The position numbers and the translations under genes are program-made. A stretch of 64,000 nucleotides of DNA. It comes from Ignisphaera sp. GTDB taxonomy: Archaea; Thermoproteota; Thermoprotei_A; Sulfolobales; Ignisphaeraceae. This document shows, in pieces, positions 49,714 to 60,861 of the stretch. The stretch lies in NCBI GenBank assembly GCA_038889075.1, contig JAWAHS010000001.1, forward strand, positions 1-64,000. Direction: 5' to 3'. The notes beneath the pieces are model-generated. The model was not told where the DNA came from. It searched no databases and saw nothing but the letters and a program-made list of their open reading frames with translations. Each line of letters starts with the position of its first letter. The stretch's first letter is position 1.

Positions 49714-51477
49714 TTGTCTGATCAACCACTAATTGTAGCCCAATTCAATAAATTTGACAGAACTGTAAATGTTGGTAGAAGATCAATCCATGTTGGTGGT
49801 CGATTACCACAAGTAAAACACAATGAAAAAATTTTAAGGTATACTTCATCACTTTGTCCGAATTGTTTTAGAGTTCTACCTGCGATAATAGTTGAAAAGG
49901 AGAATACATTATTTATTAGACGTATATGTCCAGAGCACGGGGAAATCGAGGAGATATATTTTGCCGATTCTGAAATGGCTAAACGTTTTGAAAAGTTTAG
50001 TTTTGAAGGCAGCGGTATTGATAATCCATATACTGCTGCGACAGCTCCTTGTCCATTTAATTGTGGTTTATGTCCTTTACACAAGACCCATACGGCACTA
50101 TTAAATATTGTTGTAACGAATAGGTGTGACTTGAGCTGCTGGTATTGTTTTTATTTTGCAGAAAAGGCAGGATATGTCTATGAGCCATCTATTGACGATA
50201 TTATTAAAATGGTTGAAGCATTGAATAAACAAAGAGATATTGCAGTTGCTGTCCAGCTTACTGGTGGCGAGCCTACTCTACGTGAGGATTTAATAGACAT
50301 AGTCAGAATATTAAGAAGGTTGGGTGTGACACATATACAGCTTAATACACATGGCATAAGATTCGCAGATCTCTACCTAAAAGATCCTGAAAAAGCAATA
50401 GATTATGCTAAGAGCTTGAGAAGTGCTGGTGTCAACACCATATACTTGAGCTTTGATGGAGTAACACCAGCAACGAATCCAAAAAACCATTGGGAATTAC
50501 CGTATATACTAGAGGTCTTTAGAGCTAGTAATATGACTAGCGTTGTCTTTGTGCCTACAGTGATAAAATCGGTTAATGATGATGAACTTGGGGATATAAT
50601 AAAGATTGCTGCATACAATATGGATATTGTAAGAGGTGTAAACTTTCAACCTGTAAGCCTTGTTGGTATGATGCGTAAACAGGAAAGAGCTAGATTTAGA
50701 ATAACAATACCAGAGGTTATTAAGCTGATTGAGGATCAAACAGATGGTGAGATACCATATACGTCGTGGTATCCTGTGGGGGCTGCTGTACCTATAGCTA
50801 GATTTCTTACACTTTTAGGTACATCTAAACGTGCAGAATTTACAACAAGCCCAATGTGTGGAGCAGCAACATATGTATATGTGAAAAGAGGATCTGATGG
50901 TATACACTTCGTTCCAATAACAAATCTTATTGATGCTGATGGACTGCTCGATTATTTAGAAAAGAGATATGAAAGCTTAGCCAATAAACCTAAACTACTT
51001 ATAAGAATGCTAGGTCTTGCAAGTATAATAAAAATCTTAAATAAGTACATATTATGGGATCGAGTACCCGATGAAATTAAGGCTGAGTTGAGAAGCATCA
51101 TTCTTGATATATTTATACATAGAAACTATTCTGCACTAGGAAAATTCCATTACAAGTTTCTCTTCTTAGGCATGATGCACTTCATGGACGAGTGGAATTA
51201 TGATGTTGAAAGAGTTATGAGATGTGCTGTACATTACGCTCTTCCAGATGGTCGGATAATACCATTCTGTGCATTCAATATCATAAACGATATTTATAGA
51301 GATTCACCTCAAAAAACTTACGGTATTTCGATAGAAGATTATATAAAGAAGCATGGCGAGAAATCTATATATGAACAAAAATATGTTAGAACAAAAGAAT
51401 TGATAGAGAAAATGGCAAGTAGTGAAATATATAAACAGTTCTATCATCCTGTATATCACAGATTGAAGAATGATTAA
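49714..51477 (+). CDS. tes: Radical SAM tetraether (GDGT) synthase, MJ0619/Tes family
   Basis: N-terminal SLCPxC..CPEHG, CPFNCGLC..H, CxxxCxxC (RCDLSCWYC), C-terminal RCAVHY..DGRIIPFC. Confidence 0.88.
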   Translation: MSDQPLIVAQFNKFDRTVNVGRRSIHVGGRLPQVKHNEKILRYTSSLCPNCFRVLPAIIVEKENTLFIRRICPEHGEIEEIYFADSEMAKRFEKFSFEGSGIDNPYTAATAPCPFNCGLCPLHKTHTALLNIVVTNRCDLSCWYCFYFAEKAGYVYEPSIDDIIKMVEALNKQRDIAVAVQLTGGEPTLREDLIDIVRILRRLGVTHIQLNTHGIRFADLYLKDPEKAIDYAKSLRSAGVNTIYLSFDGVTPATNPKNHWELPYILEVFRASNMTSVVFVPTVIKSVNDDELGDIIKIAAYNMDIVRGVNFQPVSLVGMMRKQERARFRITIPEVIKLIEDQTDGEIPYTSWYPVGAAVPIARFLTLLGTSKRAEFTTSPMCGAATYVYVKRGSDGIHFVPITNLIDADGLLDYLEKRYESLANKPKLLIRMLGLASIIKILNKYILWDRVPDEIKAELRSIILDIFIHRNYSALGKFHYKFLFLGMMHFMDEWNYDVERVMRCAVHYALPDGRIIPFCAFNIINDIYRDSPQKTYGISIEDYIKKHGEKSIYEQKYVRTKELIEKMASSEIYKQFYHPVYHRLKND

Positions 51478-51492
51478 TATATAATGAATTCT

Positions 51493-52821
51493 TTAATCTC
51501 TACGATTTGAAATTCTGATAAATTCATCTACTATTTCCTTAATGCTCATTCCATCTATTATTTTAAGATTAAATCTAACCCTTACAATCGGCTTATCTAT
51601 CTTGATTATTCGTGATATATCTGCAGGTGTTCCGAGGACCACAACATCGCATTCAATGTCATTTATGGTTTTTTCTAAGTCATTTAATTGTTGCCTAGTG
51701 TAACCAACACTAGGAAGCACTGAACCTATGTGGCTATATGTTTCATATATTTGTTTAATTAATCCTTTTGCATATGGTTTTGGATTGACTATTTCTGCCC
51801 CGTATTTTAATGCAACAATGTAGCCTGCACCATACGGCAAACCTCCATGTGTTACTGTTGGGGCATCCTCTATAATTAGGGCTCTGCGTCCTTCTAGTAA
51901 TTCTGGTCTATCAACTTCTATCTCCATATCAGCTTTAACTATATTGGCTTTTTCATTTATACTTCTAATATTTCTTACTATTCTATTAATATCATCTACT
52001 TTTGCCTGCGATACCTTAGTAATTATGATTGTATTAGCAAGCCTCATATTAATCTCTCCCGGATACGAATTCAACTCTATGCCGGGACGCATAGCATCTG
52101 TAACGGTGATTTGATACCATGGTCTATAGAATGGTGTATCGTTGTTTCCTCCATCCCATAATATTATATCGGCTTCGCCTTCGGCTTTGTGAAGAATTTT
52201 AATGTAATCTATGCCAGCAAGCACCTTTATTCCCATTTTTATATAATGCTCGTATTCCTCTCTTTCTTCAATTGTTAAATCATATCTATCTAAATCATTA
52301 ATGGAATTGAATTCCTGTACAACCCTCTTTTCCAATTCTCCGTATGCCATAGGATGTCTTACGACAATAAAGTTCAAGTTTCTTTTAACCATTTCTTGAG
52401 CTATTGCCCTTGAAACTGTACTTTTACCTGCACCAGTCTTGGTTGCTGTGACTGCCAATACAGGTTTTACGCTATCTATCATCGTGTCAAAAGGGCTTAC
52501 TAATCTAAATGAGGCATTTGCAGACAGAACCATCGATATTTTCCTTCCAAGCTCTTCATAGGTTAGATCACTATAACTAAATACCACCTCATCAACCTTA
52601 AATCTAGTTACAATCTCTGGCAACATTTCTTCAGGATAGATCGGTATTCCTTCGGGATATAGAGATCCGGCTAAAGATGGTGGAAATCTCCTATATTCTA
52701 TTCCAGGTATCTGCGTAGCGGTAAATGCGACCACATGATACTCTGGGTTATCCTTAAACAGAACATTATAATTGTGGAAATCCCTTCCACCTGCACCCAT
52801 GATAATGATCCTCTTTGCCAT
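51493..52821 (-). CDS. COG2403 P-loop NTPase (cyclic 2,3-diphosphoglycerate synthetase-like)
   Basis: MGAGGRDFHN, TGAGKS, RHPM, EEREEYE, WDGGNND, EDAPTVTHGG. Confidence 0.85.
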   Translation of the reverse strand: MAKRIIIMGAGGRDFHNYNVLFKDNPEYHVVAFTATQIPGIEYRRFPPSLAGSLYPEGIPIYPEEMLPEIVTRFKVDEVVFSYSDLTYEELGRKISMVLSANASFRLVSPFDTMIDSVKPVLAVTATKTGAGKSTVSRAIAQEMVKRNLNFIVVRHPMAYGELEKRVVQEFNSINDLDRYDLTIEEREEYEHYIKMGIKVLAGIDYIKILHKAEGEADIILWDGGNNDTPFYRPWYQITVTDAMRPGIELNSYPGEINMRLANTIIITKVSQAKVDDINRIVRNIRSINEKANIVKADMEIEVDRPELLEGRRALIIEDAPTVTHGGLPYGAGYIVALKYGAEIVNPKPYAKGLIKQIYETYSHIGSVLPSVGYTRQQLNDLEKTINDIECDVVVLGTPADISRIIKIDKPIVRVRFNLKIIDGMSIKEIVDEFIRISNRRD

Positions 52822-52950
52822 AATTGTCGCACCATTGAGTATCCTTCAATTTTAATCTAGGTACCATTGTTAGTAAGTAATCTACGCCTATCATGTAATT
52901 TTTTCCTACGAGTTTAAAAGCTTCTATATTAATGTGTTAGTCTAAGTGAG

Positions 52951-54405
52951 GTGCAGAACTGTTTGAGTCATCATGCTGAACATGCCAAGTTGTACACATT
53001 TACAATACCTAAGATGAATGAATACCGGATAGCTCTAATCGAGGTAGCGCAAACTAAACCAAATAATAAGGCACTATCGTTATCAATGTTAATAGCTAAA
53101 GTGTTGAATAGGCCGCTTGAAAGTAATACGAGGCTTATAATTAAAGGTCATGGTATAAGAAATATATCTCCAGAGAATCTCTCCTATGTAGTTCATATAC
53201 TTTCCTCTACCATAATGCCACTCTACCTGCAATCATTTGATCCATATTCACAGGCCCTAGTATCATGTATTGATATGAATAAAAATGGTGAACCAATGTT
53301 GCTGAGTAGTGCCATTGTTACTAAGAAGAATTTTAAAGGTGTTAGTAAAAAACCCACAATATTTCTCTTAGTAGCTAGGGTTCCAGATAAGAATATAGGT
53401 GCAAAAACAATTAAACACTTCTATAAAATTTCTTGGAATGTTTTAGTACATAACCTTAAATCTTATTCAATAATCGAGGACTCGTCCTTACCTCAAAGAA
53501 CCTTTACTCTATTAGTTATACTAAAGGAGAAGAAGCATGAGAATTTTATAGAGGTAACGGTTCCAGAATTACATGAAATGATAAGGGTTAAGATACCAAT
53601 AATAAAGGCTTTCTGGAATTTAGATGACATTCCTCCAAAACTAAGACACGAATTGGAGACTATAATTATAAAACCACTAGCTCTTCGGGCTGGCTATGCT
53701 CCAAAGGGAATCTTAATAACAGGTCCACCTGGTATAGGTAAGAGTGTTACAGCAGAAGCTATAGCATCTGCACTTAGTTTAAAGATAGCCGAACTTAGAC
53801 CAAGCGTATATAGGTCTATGTGGTATGGATTAACTGAAAAAATACTTGAAGCAACTTTGCAAAACCTTAAATCTAAGAAAAACTTCATGATCCTTCTAGA
53901 TGATGTGGACTTCCTTGTAGGTAGGCATGTAGCTATACATGAAACTCATGTAAGTGAGATAACTATATTTTTAAGATATCTGCAAGAATCCTCAAGACCT
54001 TTAATAGTGATGACTACAAACACGCCTGAAATACTCGACCCTGCAATTATAAGACCTGGAAGAATTGATGCCATAATAATTATGGGCTATCCTGATAGGG
54101 AATTTAGAAAATACATAGCAATCAGAAGTGCTAAAAGATACAATATAAAACTTGATGAAAAACTCGCTGAGCATATCTCTACAATAACACGTTGGTTCAC
54201 AAATGCCGAAATAGATGCTTTAGTAAGATTAGCTGCAAGTAAATCTAATGGAAATATTGATGAAAAATCTGTCCTCTGGGCTCGACAGCGATTTAATATA
54301 AATGAATCGCTAAGGAAGAGCGTACAAGAACAACTAAGGTGGTATAGTGAACAGTTCCAAGGAATTACAGTAAAGTATATAGCCAATGAAAATGAAATCC
54401 TATAG
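52951..54405 (+). CDS. AAA+ ATPase with unrecognised N-terminal domain
   Basis: GPPGIGKS, ILLDDVD, TTN...LDPAIIRPGRID. Confidence 0.88.
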   Translation: MQNCLSHHAEHAKLYTFTIPKMNEYRIALIEVAQTKPNNKALSLSMLIAKVLNRPLESNTRLIIKGHGIRNISPENLSYVVHILSSTIMPLYLQSFDPYSQALVSCIDMNKNGEPMLLSSAIVTKKNFKGVSKKPTIFLLVARVPDKNIGAKTIKHFYKISWNVLVHNLKSYSIIEDSSLPQRTFTLLVILKEKKHENFIEVTVPELHEMIRVKIPIIKAFWNLDDIPPKLRHELETIIIKPLALRAGYAPKGILITGPPGIGKSVTAEAIASALSLKIAELRPSVYRSMWYGLTEKILEATLQNLKSKKNFMILLDDVDFLVGRHVAIHETHVSEITIFLRYLQESSRPLIVMTTNTPEILDPAIIRPGRIDAIIIMGYPDREFRKYIAIRSAKRYNIKLDEKLAEHISTITRWFTNAEIDALVRLAASKSNGNIDEKSVLWARQRFNINESLRKSVQEQLRWYSEQFQGITVKYIANENEIL

Positions 54406-54460
54406 GAAATATTCCATACAGTTTAGAACAATATGCCTTAGCTACATAAATTTTCATTAC

Positions 54461-55588
54461 TTATACCTTTTCCTCCATACCATAGCAATTCATTATACAA
54501 TTACTGAATACTTTACCTATGTATACTATATCATCGCTATCCAAATTTGGATGTATAGGAAGGCTTAATTCACACTTTGAGAGTTTTAAGGCAGTTTTAC
54601 AACATTCGCTATAACCAAGAGATTGGAATAGGGGCTGGAGATGTAGGGGTAACGGATAATGTATAGCTGACTCAATTCCGTTGTTGTCCAGACATTTCTG
54701 TAAACACTCTCTATATTCAATTCTTTTAATCTTAACAGCATATATATGATAAACGTGCTTTGCCCAAGGGATTTCATAGGGCAACTCTACATATTCTTTT
54801 AGATGGCTCAGTTGTACAGTTAGTCTCCAAGCATTGTTACGTCTTATATCGTTCAACTTATCTAATTTTCTTAACTGTGCCCTACCCAATGCTGCTTGAA
54901 TGGATGTCATTCTATAATTTCCTCCCAATTCTACATGTACATATCGGGATATCTGTCCATGGTTTCTCAAAAGTTTCACCTTTTCAACAATATTTTTATC
55001 ATTTGAAACTACAATACCTCCTTCGCCAGTAGTCATATTCTTTGTAGCATAGAAGCTAAATATTGCTGCATTACCAAAGCTTCCAACTTTTTGACCCCAT
55101 GCTTCTGCACCATGAGCTTGAGCAGCATCTTCTATTAATAATATTTTCTTATCTTGGGCAACATCCATTAATGCTTTTACATCTGCTGGGTGGCCAAAGA
55201 GGTGTACAGCTATAATAGCCTTTGTTCTATTTGTTATCTTTTCCTGTATATCATTGATATCTATATTAAATGTTTCATATGATACGTCAACGAACCTTGG
55301 GATAGCTCCAACCATGAGAACAGCTGTAGCTGTTGCTATAAATGTATAATCGGGAACCAGTACCTCATCACCTTGTCCTATACCTAAAGCTCTTAGCGCA
55401 AGCATGAGTGCTATGGTTCCATTTGCTACAGCGGCCGAATATGAGACTCCGATATACTCTGCGAATTCTTTTTCAAACAACTCTACTTCAGAACCGTGTG
55501 CAATCCATTTTGATCTTAAAATCCTAACCACAGCTTCTATATCATCATCATCTATTACTGGTTCAAATAGTTTAATTCTTCTATGCAT
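54461..55588 (-). CDS. DegT/DnrJ/EryC1/StrS sugar aminotransferase
   Basis: NGT.AL, VHLFG, IEDAAQAHG, FSFYATKNMTTGEGG. Confidence 0.94.
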   Translation of the reverse strand: MHRRIKLFEPVIDDDDIEAVVRILRSKWIAHGSEVELFEKEFAEYIGVSYSAAVANGTIALMLALRALGIGQGDEVLVPDYTFIATATAVLMVGAIPRFVDVSYETFNIDINDIQEKITNRTKAIIAVHLFGHPADVKALMDVAQDKKILLIEDAAQAHGAEAWGQKVGSFGNAAIFSFYATKNMTTGEGGIVVSNDKNIVEKVKLLRNHGQISRYVHVELGGNYRMTSIQAALGRAQLRKLDKLNDIRRNNAWRLTVQLSHLKEYVELPYEIPWAKHVYHIYAVKIKRIEYRECLQKCLDNNGIESAIHYPLPLHLQPLFQSLGYSECCKTALKLSKCELSLPIHPNLDSDDIVYIGKVFSNCIMNCYGMEEKV

Positions 55589-55604
55589 GGCTTTTGCAAC
55601 CTCT

Positions 55605-56741
55605 CTACAACTCTATTATTCTCTTTAATGAAGTAAGTTTTATAGGTCCTGAAAGGGTTACGTATACATCATCTTCAATTCTAATACCAAATTTTTTATA
55701 AATATATACCCCCGGCTCTATTGTGACAACGTCTCCTAATTCAACTTCATGGATAGACGTCTTAGAAATTCTAGGTTCTTCATGGACATCGATACCTATA
55801 CCGTGTCCAAGGCCGTGAATAAAATGCTTATGTATACTCGATTTCATTAGAACATCTCTTGCTACTCCATCGATATAACTATACTTTTCACCTATTCTTA
55901 AGCAGCGTATAGAGCTATCTATAGCATCAATTATAGTATTTGCGAAACTTTTCACCAGTTCGTACTCTTTCTGCAGATTGCTTGGCAGAATGATTCTCGT
56001 TATATCAGAAACGTATCCTTGGAATCTCACACCAAAGTCAATAATTATAGGTTCATTACCTCTAAATACTGTAGAACCTGGTATATGGTGAGGTTTAGAG
56101 GTATTGCTCCCTACCGCTATGATACTACTGAATGCAAAACCTTCTGCTCCAAGTTCTCTAGCTCTATTTTCTATAAGACCAGCAATCGTTCTCTCACTCA
56201 ATCCGTTCTCTAACCTAGGAATAGTATCTTCTATGGCTTTTTCAGCTATTTCAGCAGCTCTCTTTATCATATTCACCTCTTCTTCGCTTTTATTTCGCCT
56301 TATTTTCTTGACCAAGTTCCTTACATCTACATGGATGTTAGCATCGCCTTCACAAGTATCAGTACCATCTGTGGAAATTTTTTTTGCTTCTCTACATACC
56401 TTCTTTAAAATGTTTTTCATATCGTTAATATCTATTACTTTAGTATCGAATTCTATGCCCATATCTAAAGGAGCAACAGGGTGTATAACCAAATTCTTTA
56501 TATAACCGTATGTCTCCGTGACCCTATAGTATTCAAGTGATGATACATAGACACTCAATTCCATAGTATTCATATCGATAATTACTGCAAATATTCCTAA
56601 CTCCTCTGGTGGAGGATTATAGAGTTCAGCAAAAATATAGGTTAACGTCTGTTTACCTTGAAGTATTATTCTCTCAACTTCAATATTGTGGATTTTCAAT
56701 GCATTAAATAATTTATTTAATCGCAATTCAAATAACTCCAT
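55605..56741 (-). CDS. Xaa-Pro aminopeptidase (M24B)
   Basis: DFG..Y.SDITR, HGLGHGIG..VHE, TIEPG.Y, RIEDD. Confidence 0.92.
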   Translation of the reverse strand: MELFELRLNKLFNALKIHNIEVERIILQGKQTLTYIFAELYNPPPEELGIFAVIIDMNTMELSVYVSSLEYYRVTETYGYIKNLVIHPVAPLDMGIEFDTKVIDINDMKNILKKVCREAKKISTDGTDTCEGDANIHVDVRNLVKKIRRNKSEEEVNMIKRAAEIAEKAIEDTIPRLENGLSERTIAGLIENRARELGAEGFAFSSIIAVGSNTSKPHHIPGSTVFRGNEPIIIDFGVRFQGYVSDITRIILPSNLQKEYELVKSFANTIIDAIDSSIRCLRIGEKYSYIDGVARDVLMKSSIHKHFIHGLGHGIGIDVHEEPRISKTSIHEVELGDVVTIEPGVYIYKKFGIRIEDDVYVTLSGPIKLTSLKRIIEL

Positions 56742-57036
56742 GTGCTATCATCCAAAATGCATTTTACCTTTACCCTTCACTTACTATACTTGGAATATTT
56801 ATCCTTATAGTTCGCATTCAACCTAACATCCAAGATAAATCATCTAACGTTCATTCAAGTACCGACAGTATTTACAAGAAGCTTAGATGTCATTTAAGGC
56901 CATTCCTCTTTTGTAATGGAAAAGAAGTCTTGGAGAAATCGATGCTAAGAACTCTTTTTAGAAAAATATGGGTGGAACTTCTAACTGCAGCCTCTATTCC
57001 AATGTTAATTAATTTGTTTTGGAATACTTTATTTTA

Positions 57037-59634
57037 CTAGTACTTGCATGTGGGGCATCCTTGCTGAGCAGCCACTTCTATAGCCTCAGCCAAGTTCTCA
57101 CCTATTGCTATTACATGTTTCTGTTTCGCTTCTTGCTGTTTTTCAGTTTTCTCATCCTTTTGTATTGCCTGGCTCATTTTTACTCCTACATATAAAACCT
57201 GCTGACCCTTAGATTTATCTCTATATATGGTGATTCCTTTACATCCTAAAAGCCACGCCAATGTATATATCTCTCTAACTGTATCAATAGTAGTATCAAA
57301 TTTTAGATTAACCGTTTTCGATACACCACCGCAAATCCATTGTTGCCATGCAGCCTGGTGAAGGAGATGCCATATAGGAGCAATATCATGGGCTGTTCTG
57401 AATAACCTTCTTAAACTCTTTGGAATATAGAATAGATCTTCAATACTGCCTCTTTCAGCAACACTTTTTATTAATTGTGGATCATCTAGATCAAGGCTTC
57501 TTAAATATTCTAGGAATAGCCTATCTATTTCGATAAATGTACCAACCGATACATGTCTTTCATATGCAACAGCAAAGAGGGGTTCTATACCTGAGCTAGT
57601 ATTAGCAATTATACTTATGGTACCAGTTGGTGCTATACTCGTTAAAGTAGCATTTCTGATACCGTATTTCATACGAAGTTCTTCAACAAGATTCCAATTC
57701 AGTAGAGGTCTATCCGAGATTATTGATAAGAATTTTTGAGAAGGCTTTTCATCTATTTTTGCTATCTTAAGTAATTCTTCTACTGGTTTAGATGTTAACC
57801 ATGTAGGTCTATATTTGGAAGAATCGTATGCTGGAAATGGTCCTCGTTCCTTTGCAAGTTCTATGCTAGCCAGTGCAAGATTGTACTCAAGCCATTCAGC
57901 AAGAGCGTACGCTAAGTATACAGCATCGACGCTATCATAGGGCATCCCCAGTTTTATCAAAGCATATGCCCATCCCATTATGCCAATACCTATTTTTCTA
58001 GTTCTTTTGGCCATTGATTCGAGTTGTGGGAGAGGCCATTTTGCAGCGTCTATTACATTGTCCATAAATCTAACTATTGTTTTAAGATCTTCGGCAAGAG
58101 CATTCCATGCAATTCTCACATTACCTTCTGCATTAATATAAATGTACTTAGATATATCTATACTTCCCAGGTTGCAACTCTCCCATGGAAGTAGCGGCTG
58201 TTCTCCACATGGATTTGTCGAGTTTATTTTTCCTAAATACCATGTAGGGTGTCTCCTATTTATCGTATCAATGAATAGTAGTCCCGGGTCGCCGGAATCC
58301 CAAGCATTTTTAACAATTTTTTCAAATAGCTTCTTAGCATCTATGAATCCTGTTATGGCATTATTCTCCTCAGCTATAGTCATAGCCTCATCTAACGTAA
58401 TTATAATTGAATCGTCAAGCCAAACACTATTGCCATTGGCCTCCAATTCCTTTATAATCTCTTCCTGAGCCAATTCATTACTTATATAATCTCTCGCTCG
58501 TACAATTGCATAATATCTAGAATCGTTTCCCACATCTTTACGCAATTTTGTTTTTCTAGGATTTACAAAAGGTACTAATCCACCATTTAGTGCGGCATAC
58601 ATGAAGTAGTCGTACATCCCAACACTAATGTTAAAGTTCTGAAGAGTAGCATCCTTGAATTTGCCACTTTTAATGTCAATAAACTTCTCCACATCAGGAT
58701 GCCATATGTGTAGTACACCCATATTAGCACCTCTCCTTTTGCCACCTTGTTTAATAATCTCGGTATTTACATCAAATACCTTCATAAATGATATGGGGCC
58801 GCTGGCTACACCATTTGTTGAAACAACAACGTCTCCTTCGGGTCTTAGTTCAGAAAAATCAAAACCGGTTCCACCGCCATGTTGGAATACAATGGCCTGT
58901 GCTCTTAATGCATCATAAATTCCCTCACCATCTGGTGTAACCATAGAATCTCTTACAGGTATTACGAAACAGGCTGATAGTATTCCTAATTTAGTACCAG
59001 CATTCATTAGTGTAGGTGAATTGGGGAGAAATCTGAGGCTACTCATAAGTTCATAGAATTTCTCTTCCCAGTATGTAGCTATCTCGGTACACTTATTAGG
59101 ATCTTTATGTAATAACTTTAAACAGTATTCATATTCAATATGAGCTATAGCTTTCGAAACTCTTTTAAACATAAGTTGTGGGGTTTCAAGAAAACGCCCA
59201 GTTTCAGGATCTTTCAGTAGGTATCTATTTTCAAGTACCTTTATGGCTGGAAATGTTAATATGAGATCTCTTGGATCAATCTCTATTTTTCCTCTTCCGT
59301 AGACATCCTTATAGATTTTACCAAGCTCATATACCTTAGCTACCTCAAGCCACTTCGGATTTTCAATACTTTTCATAATCATTATTCTCTCTATTCTATC
59401 GACCAGTTCATTTGTCGAGATTTCTGTGTACATCTTTATTTCTTCTATTAAACTATTTAGTATTTCATTGATTTCACCTTGGGTACACTGGTTGTTGCAT
59501 GCTTTGATAATACTCGATAGTATTTTACCTATATTAAACTGCTCTCTACTTTTATTGCGTTTAATAACAGTTATATTAGGTAAGGTAATCTGTGCTAATG
59601 ATCCTAGATCCATAGACGCTATCTCCTTATCCAT
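57037..59634 (-). CDS. nrdJ: Class II (adenosylcobalamin) ribonucleotide reductase with N-terminal ATP cone
   Basis: VIKR..F...KI ATP cone, [31 protein letters not shown]-terminal CPTC. Confidence 0.95.
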   Translation of the reverse strand: MDKEIASMDLGSLAQITLPNITVIKRNKSREQFNIGKILSSIIKACNNQCTQGEINEILNSLIEEIKMYTEISTNELVDRIERIMIMKSIENPKWLEVAKVYELGKIYKDVYGRGKIEIDPRDLILTFPAIKVLENRYLLKDPETGRFLETPQLMFKRVSKAIAHIEYEYCLKLLHKDPNKCTEIATYWEEKFYELMSSLRFLPNSPTLMNAGTKLGILSACFVIPVRDSMVTPDGEGIYDALRAQAIVFQHGGGTGFDFSELRPEGDVVVSTNGVASGPISFMKVFDVNTEIIKQGGKRRGANMGVLHIWHPDVEKFIDIKSGKFKDATLQNFNISVGMYDYFMYAALNGGLVPFVNPRKTKLRKDVGNDSRYYAIVRARDYISNELAQEEIIKELEANGNSVWLDDSIIITLDEAMTIAEENNAITGFIDAKKLFEKIVKNAWDSGDPGLLFIDTINRRHPTWYLGKINSTNPCGEQPLLPWESCNLGSIDISKYIYINAEGNVRIAWNALAEDLKTIVRFMDNVIDAAKWPLPQLESMAKRTRKIGIGIMGWAYALIKLGMPYDSVDAVYLAYALAEWLEYNLALASIELAKERGPFPAYDSSKYRPTWLTSKPVEELLKIAKIDEKPSQKFLSIISDRPLLNWNLVEELRMKYGIRNATLTSIAPTGTISIIANTSSGIEPLFAVAYERHVSVGTFIEIDRLFLEYLRSLDLDDPQLIKSVAERGSIEDLFYIPKSLRRLFRTAHDIAPIWHLLHQAAWQQWICGGVSKTVNLKFDTTIDTVREIYTLAWLLGCKGITIYRDKSKGQQVLYVGVKMSQAIQKDEKTEKQQEAKQKHVIAIGENLAEAIEVAAQQGCPTCKY
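59495..59531. repeat. 37-bp direct repeat, copy 1 (inside the nrdJ ATP-cone coding sequence)
   Basis: TTGCATGCTTTGATAATACTCGATAGTATTTTACCTA, identical to 59856-59892. Confidence 0.95.
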
Positions 59635-59855
59635 ACAGCTCCCAGTTTCGTTACCTACTATAAAAGTAATTTACTTTCGGAGCTAATAACCAAAACTGTT
59701 GGGTAAGGTACTGCTCTTTTTCATACAGTCAATAATATTCCAGTAATACGCTAGAATAGCATTCGATGACTAAATCGATATAGTGCCTATAGAAATCGCT
59801 TGTGCTATAGAAATATGATACTGGTCAAGAAATTCTACCCATACATATTAGAATT

Positions 59856-59892
59856 TTGCATGCTTTGATAATACTCGATAGTATTTTACCTA
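59856..59892. repeat. 37-bp direct repeat, copy 2 (intergenic, upstream of nrdJ)
   Basis: Exact copy of 59495-59531, offset 361 bp. Confidence 0.95.
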
Positions 59893-59953
59893 GTAGATTA
59901 AATCTTCATAGTGCACAAGGGTTTTTGAAATCTGGACAACAGCCTAGATCAAG

Positions 59954-60856
59954 ATGGGATCATCCATAATTATAAAAGTGTGTAACTATATACTACCTAT
60001 AGTATGCCTAGTAGGTGCAATATCATTGACTAAGACTAGAAAGGAAAGCAGTAGAAAAGGATTAAATAGTGTACCTAAGGATCAAGAGCCGGCAGACGAT
60101 TCAAAGACAAGAAGTAAAAAAATATCAGCATCGAAAAGAAAGTATGTAGATACAGAAAGCTGGGTTGAAAAACATTTAAACGAACTTATAGAAGCCTTCG
60201 GCCTGCAGTTCCTGGAACTTTCAAATGAAGAATTCATGAAGATAGCTACTACTATCGTTGATATGATTAGAGGCGAGTCACTGACGCTCGACCTAGATTC
60301 TATTGTTAGAAGGTTTAGAAGAAACACCATGTTTATATATCCTATTATAGCATCCATGATTCTTGAGCTAAGAGATGAATTGACAGATGTACAAATCGAA
60401 TTCATAGTTAACAATATTGGTGAGGCTATTCTAACATATGCACCAAGGCTATATAGAGATCTCGTAACTAGAGGACGTACTGATTTAATTGATAGATTAA
60501 GAGATTATTGGAATAGGTATTGGATTATAAAGAGACATCCAGTATTACCTGTCTCCTGTCCTGTATGTAAGTTTAACGCTTTAATGCCAGATCTTACATG
60601 TATTGTATGTGGTGCTACTGTTTCTGAAAAAACCCTCAAGGAATCTGTTAACTTCACGGAACTGTTAAAGGATTTTGTTAAAAATCATAGTGTTGAAGAG
60701 GTTATGAAAGCTGTAAGCTATGGGTACGTCTATCTAAGTAGCATAGGTATCAAACCGCCATCAGAGAGTAGAGATCCATTAGATATAGAGGTTATCTTGA
60801 ACAGTAATGAAAAGGAGTTCGTAAAGTTACTAATAGAATACAGGAAGGGTGTATAG
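59954..60856 (+). CDS. Helical protein with C-terminal Zn ribbon (probable start TTG 60026)
   Basis: Basic low-complexity N-tail; CPVC...CIVCG; SD AGGTG before the TTG. Confidence 0.75.
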   Translation: MGSSIIIKVCNYILPIVCLVGAISLTKTRKESSRKGLNSVPKDQEPADDSKTRSKKISASKRKYVDTESWVEKHLNELIEAFGLQFLELSNEEFMKIATTIVDMIRGESLTLDLDSIVRRFRRNTMFIYPIIASMILELRDELTDVQIEFIVNNIGEAILTYAPRLYRDLVTRGRTDLIDRLRDYWNRYWIIKRHPVLPVSCPVCKFNALMPDLTCIVCGATVSEKTLKESVNFTELLKDFVKNHSVEEVMKAVSYGYVYLSSIGIKPPSESRDPLDIEVILNSNEKEFVKLLIEYRKGV

Positions 60857-60861
60857 CGTAG

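Noticed and set aside
58350-58600. Possible intein in nrdJ
   Set aside because: The insertion lacks an N-terminal C/S block and HN-C/S/T splice motifs; probably a lineage-specific loop
59828-59930. Flanks of the 37-bp copy as CRISPR or Cas12a-type repeats
   Set aside because: The left and right flanks are not similar to each other; the AATTCTAC/GTAGAT resemblance is too short in AT-rich DNA
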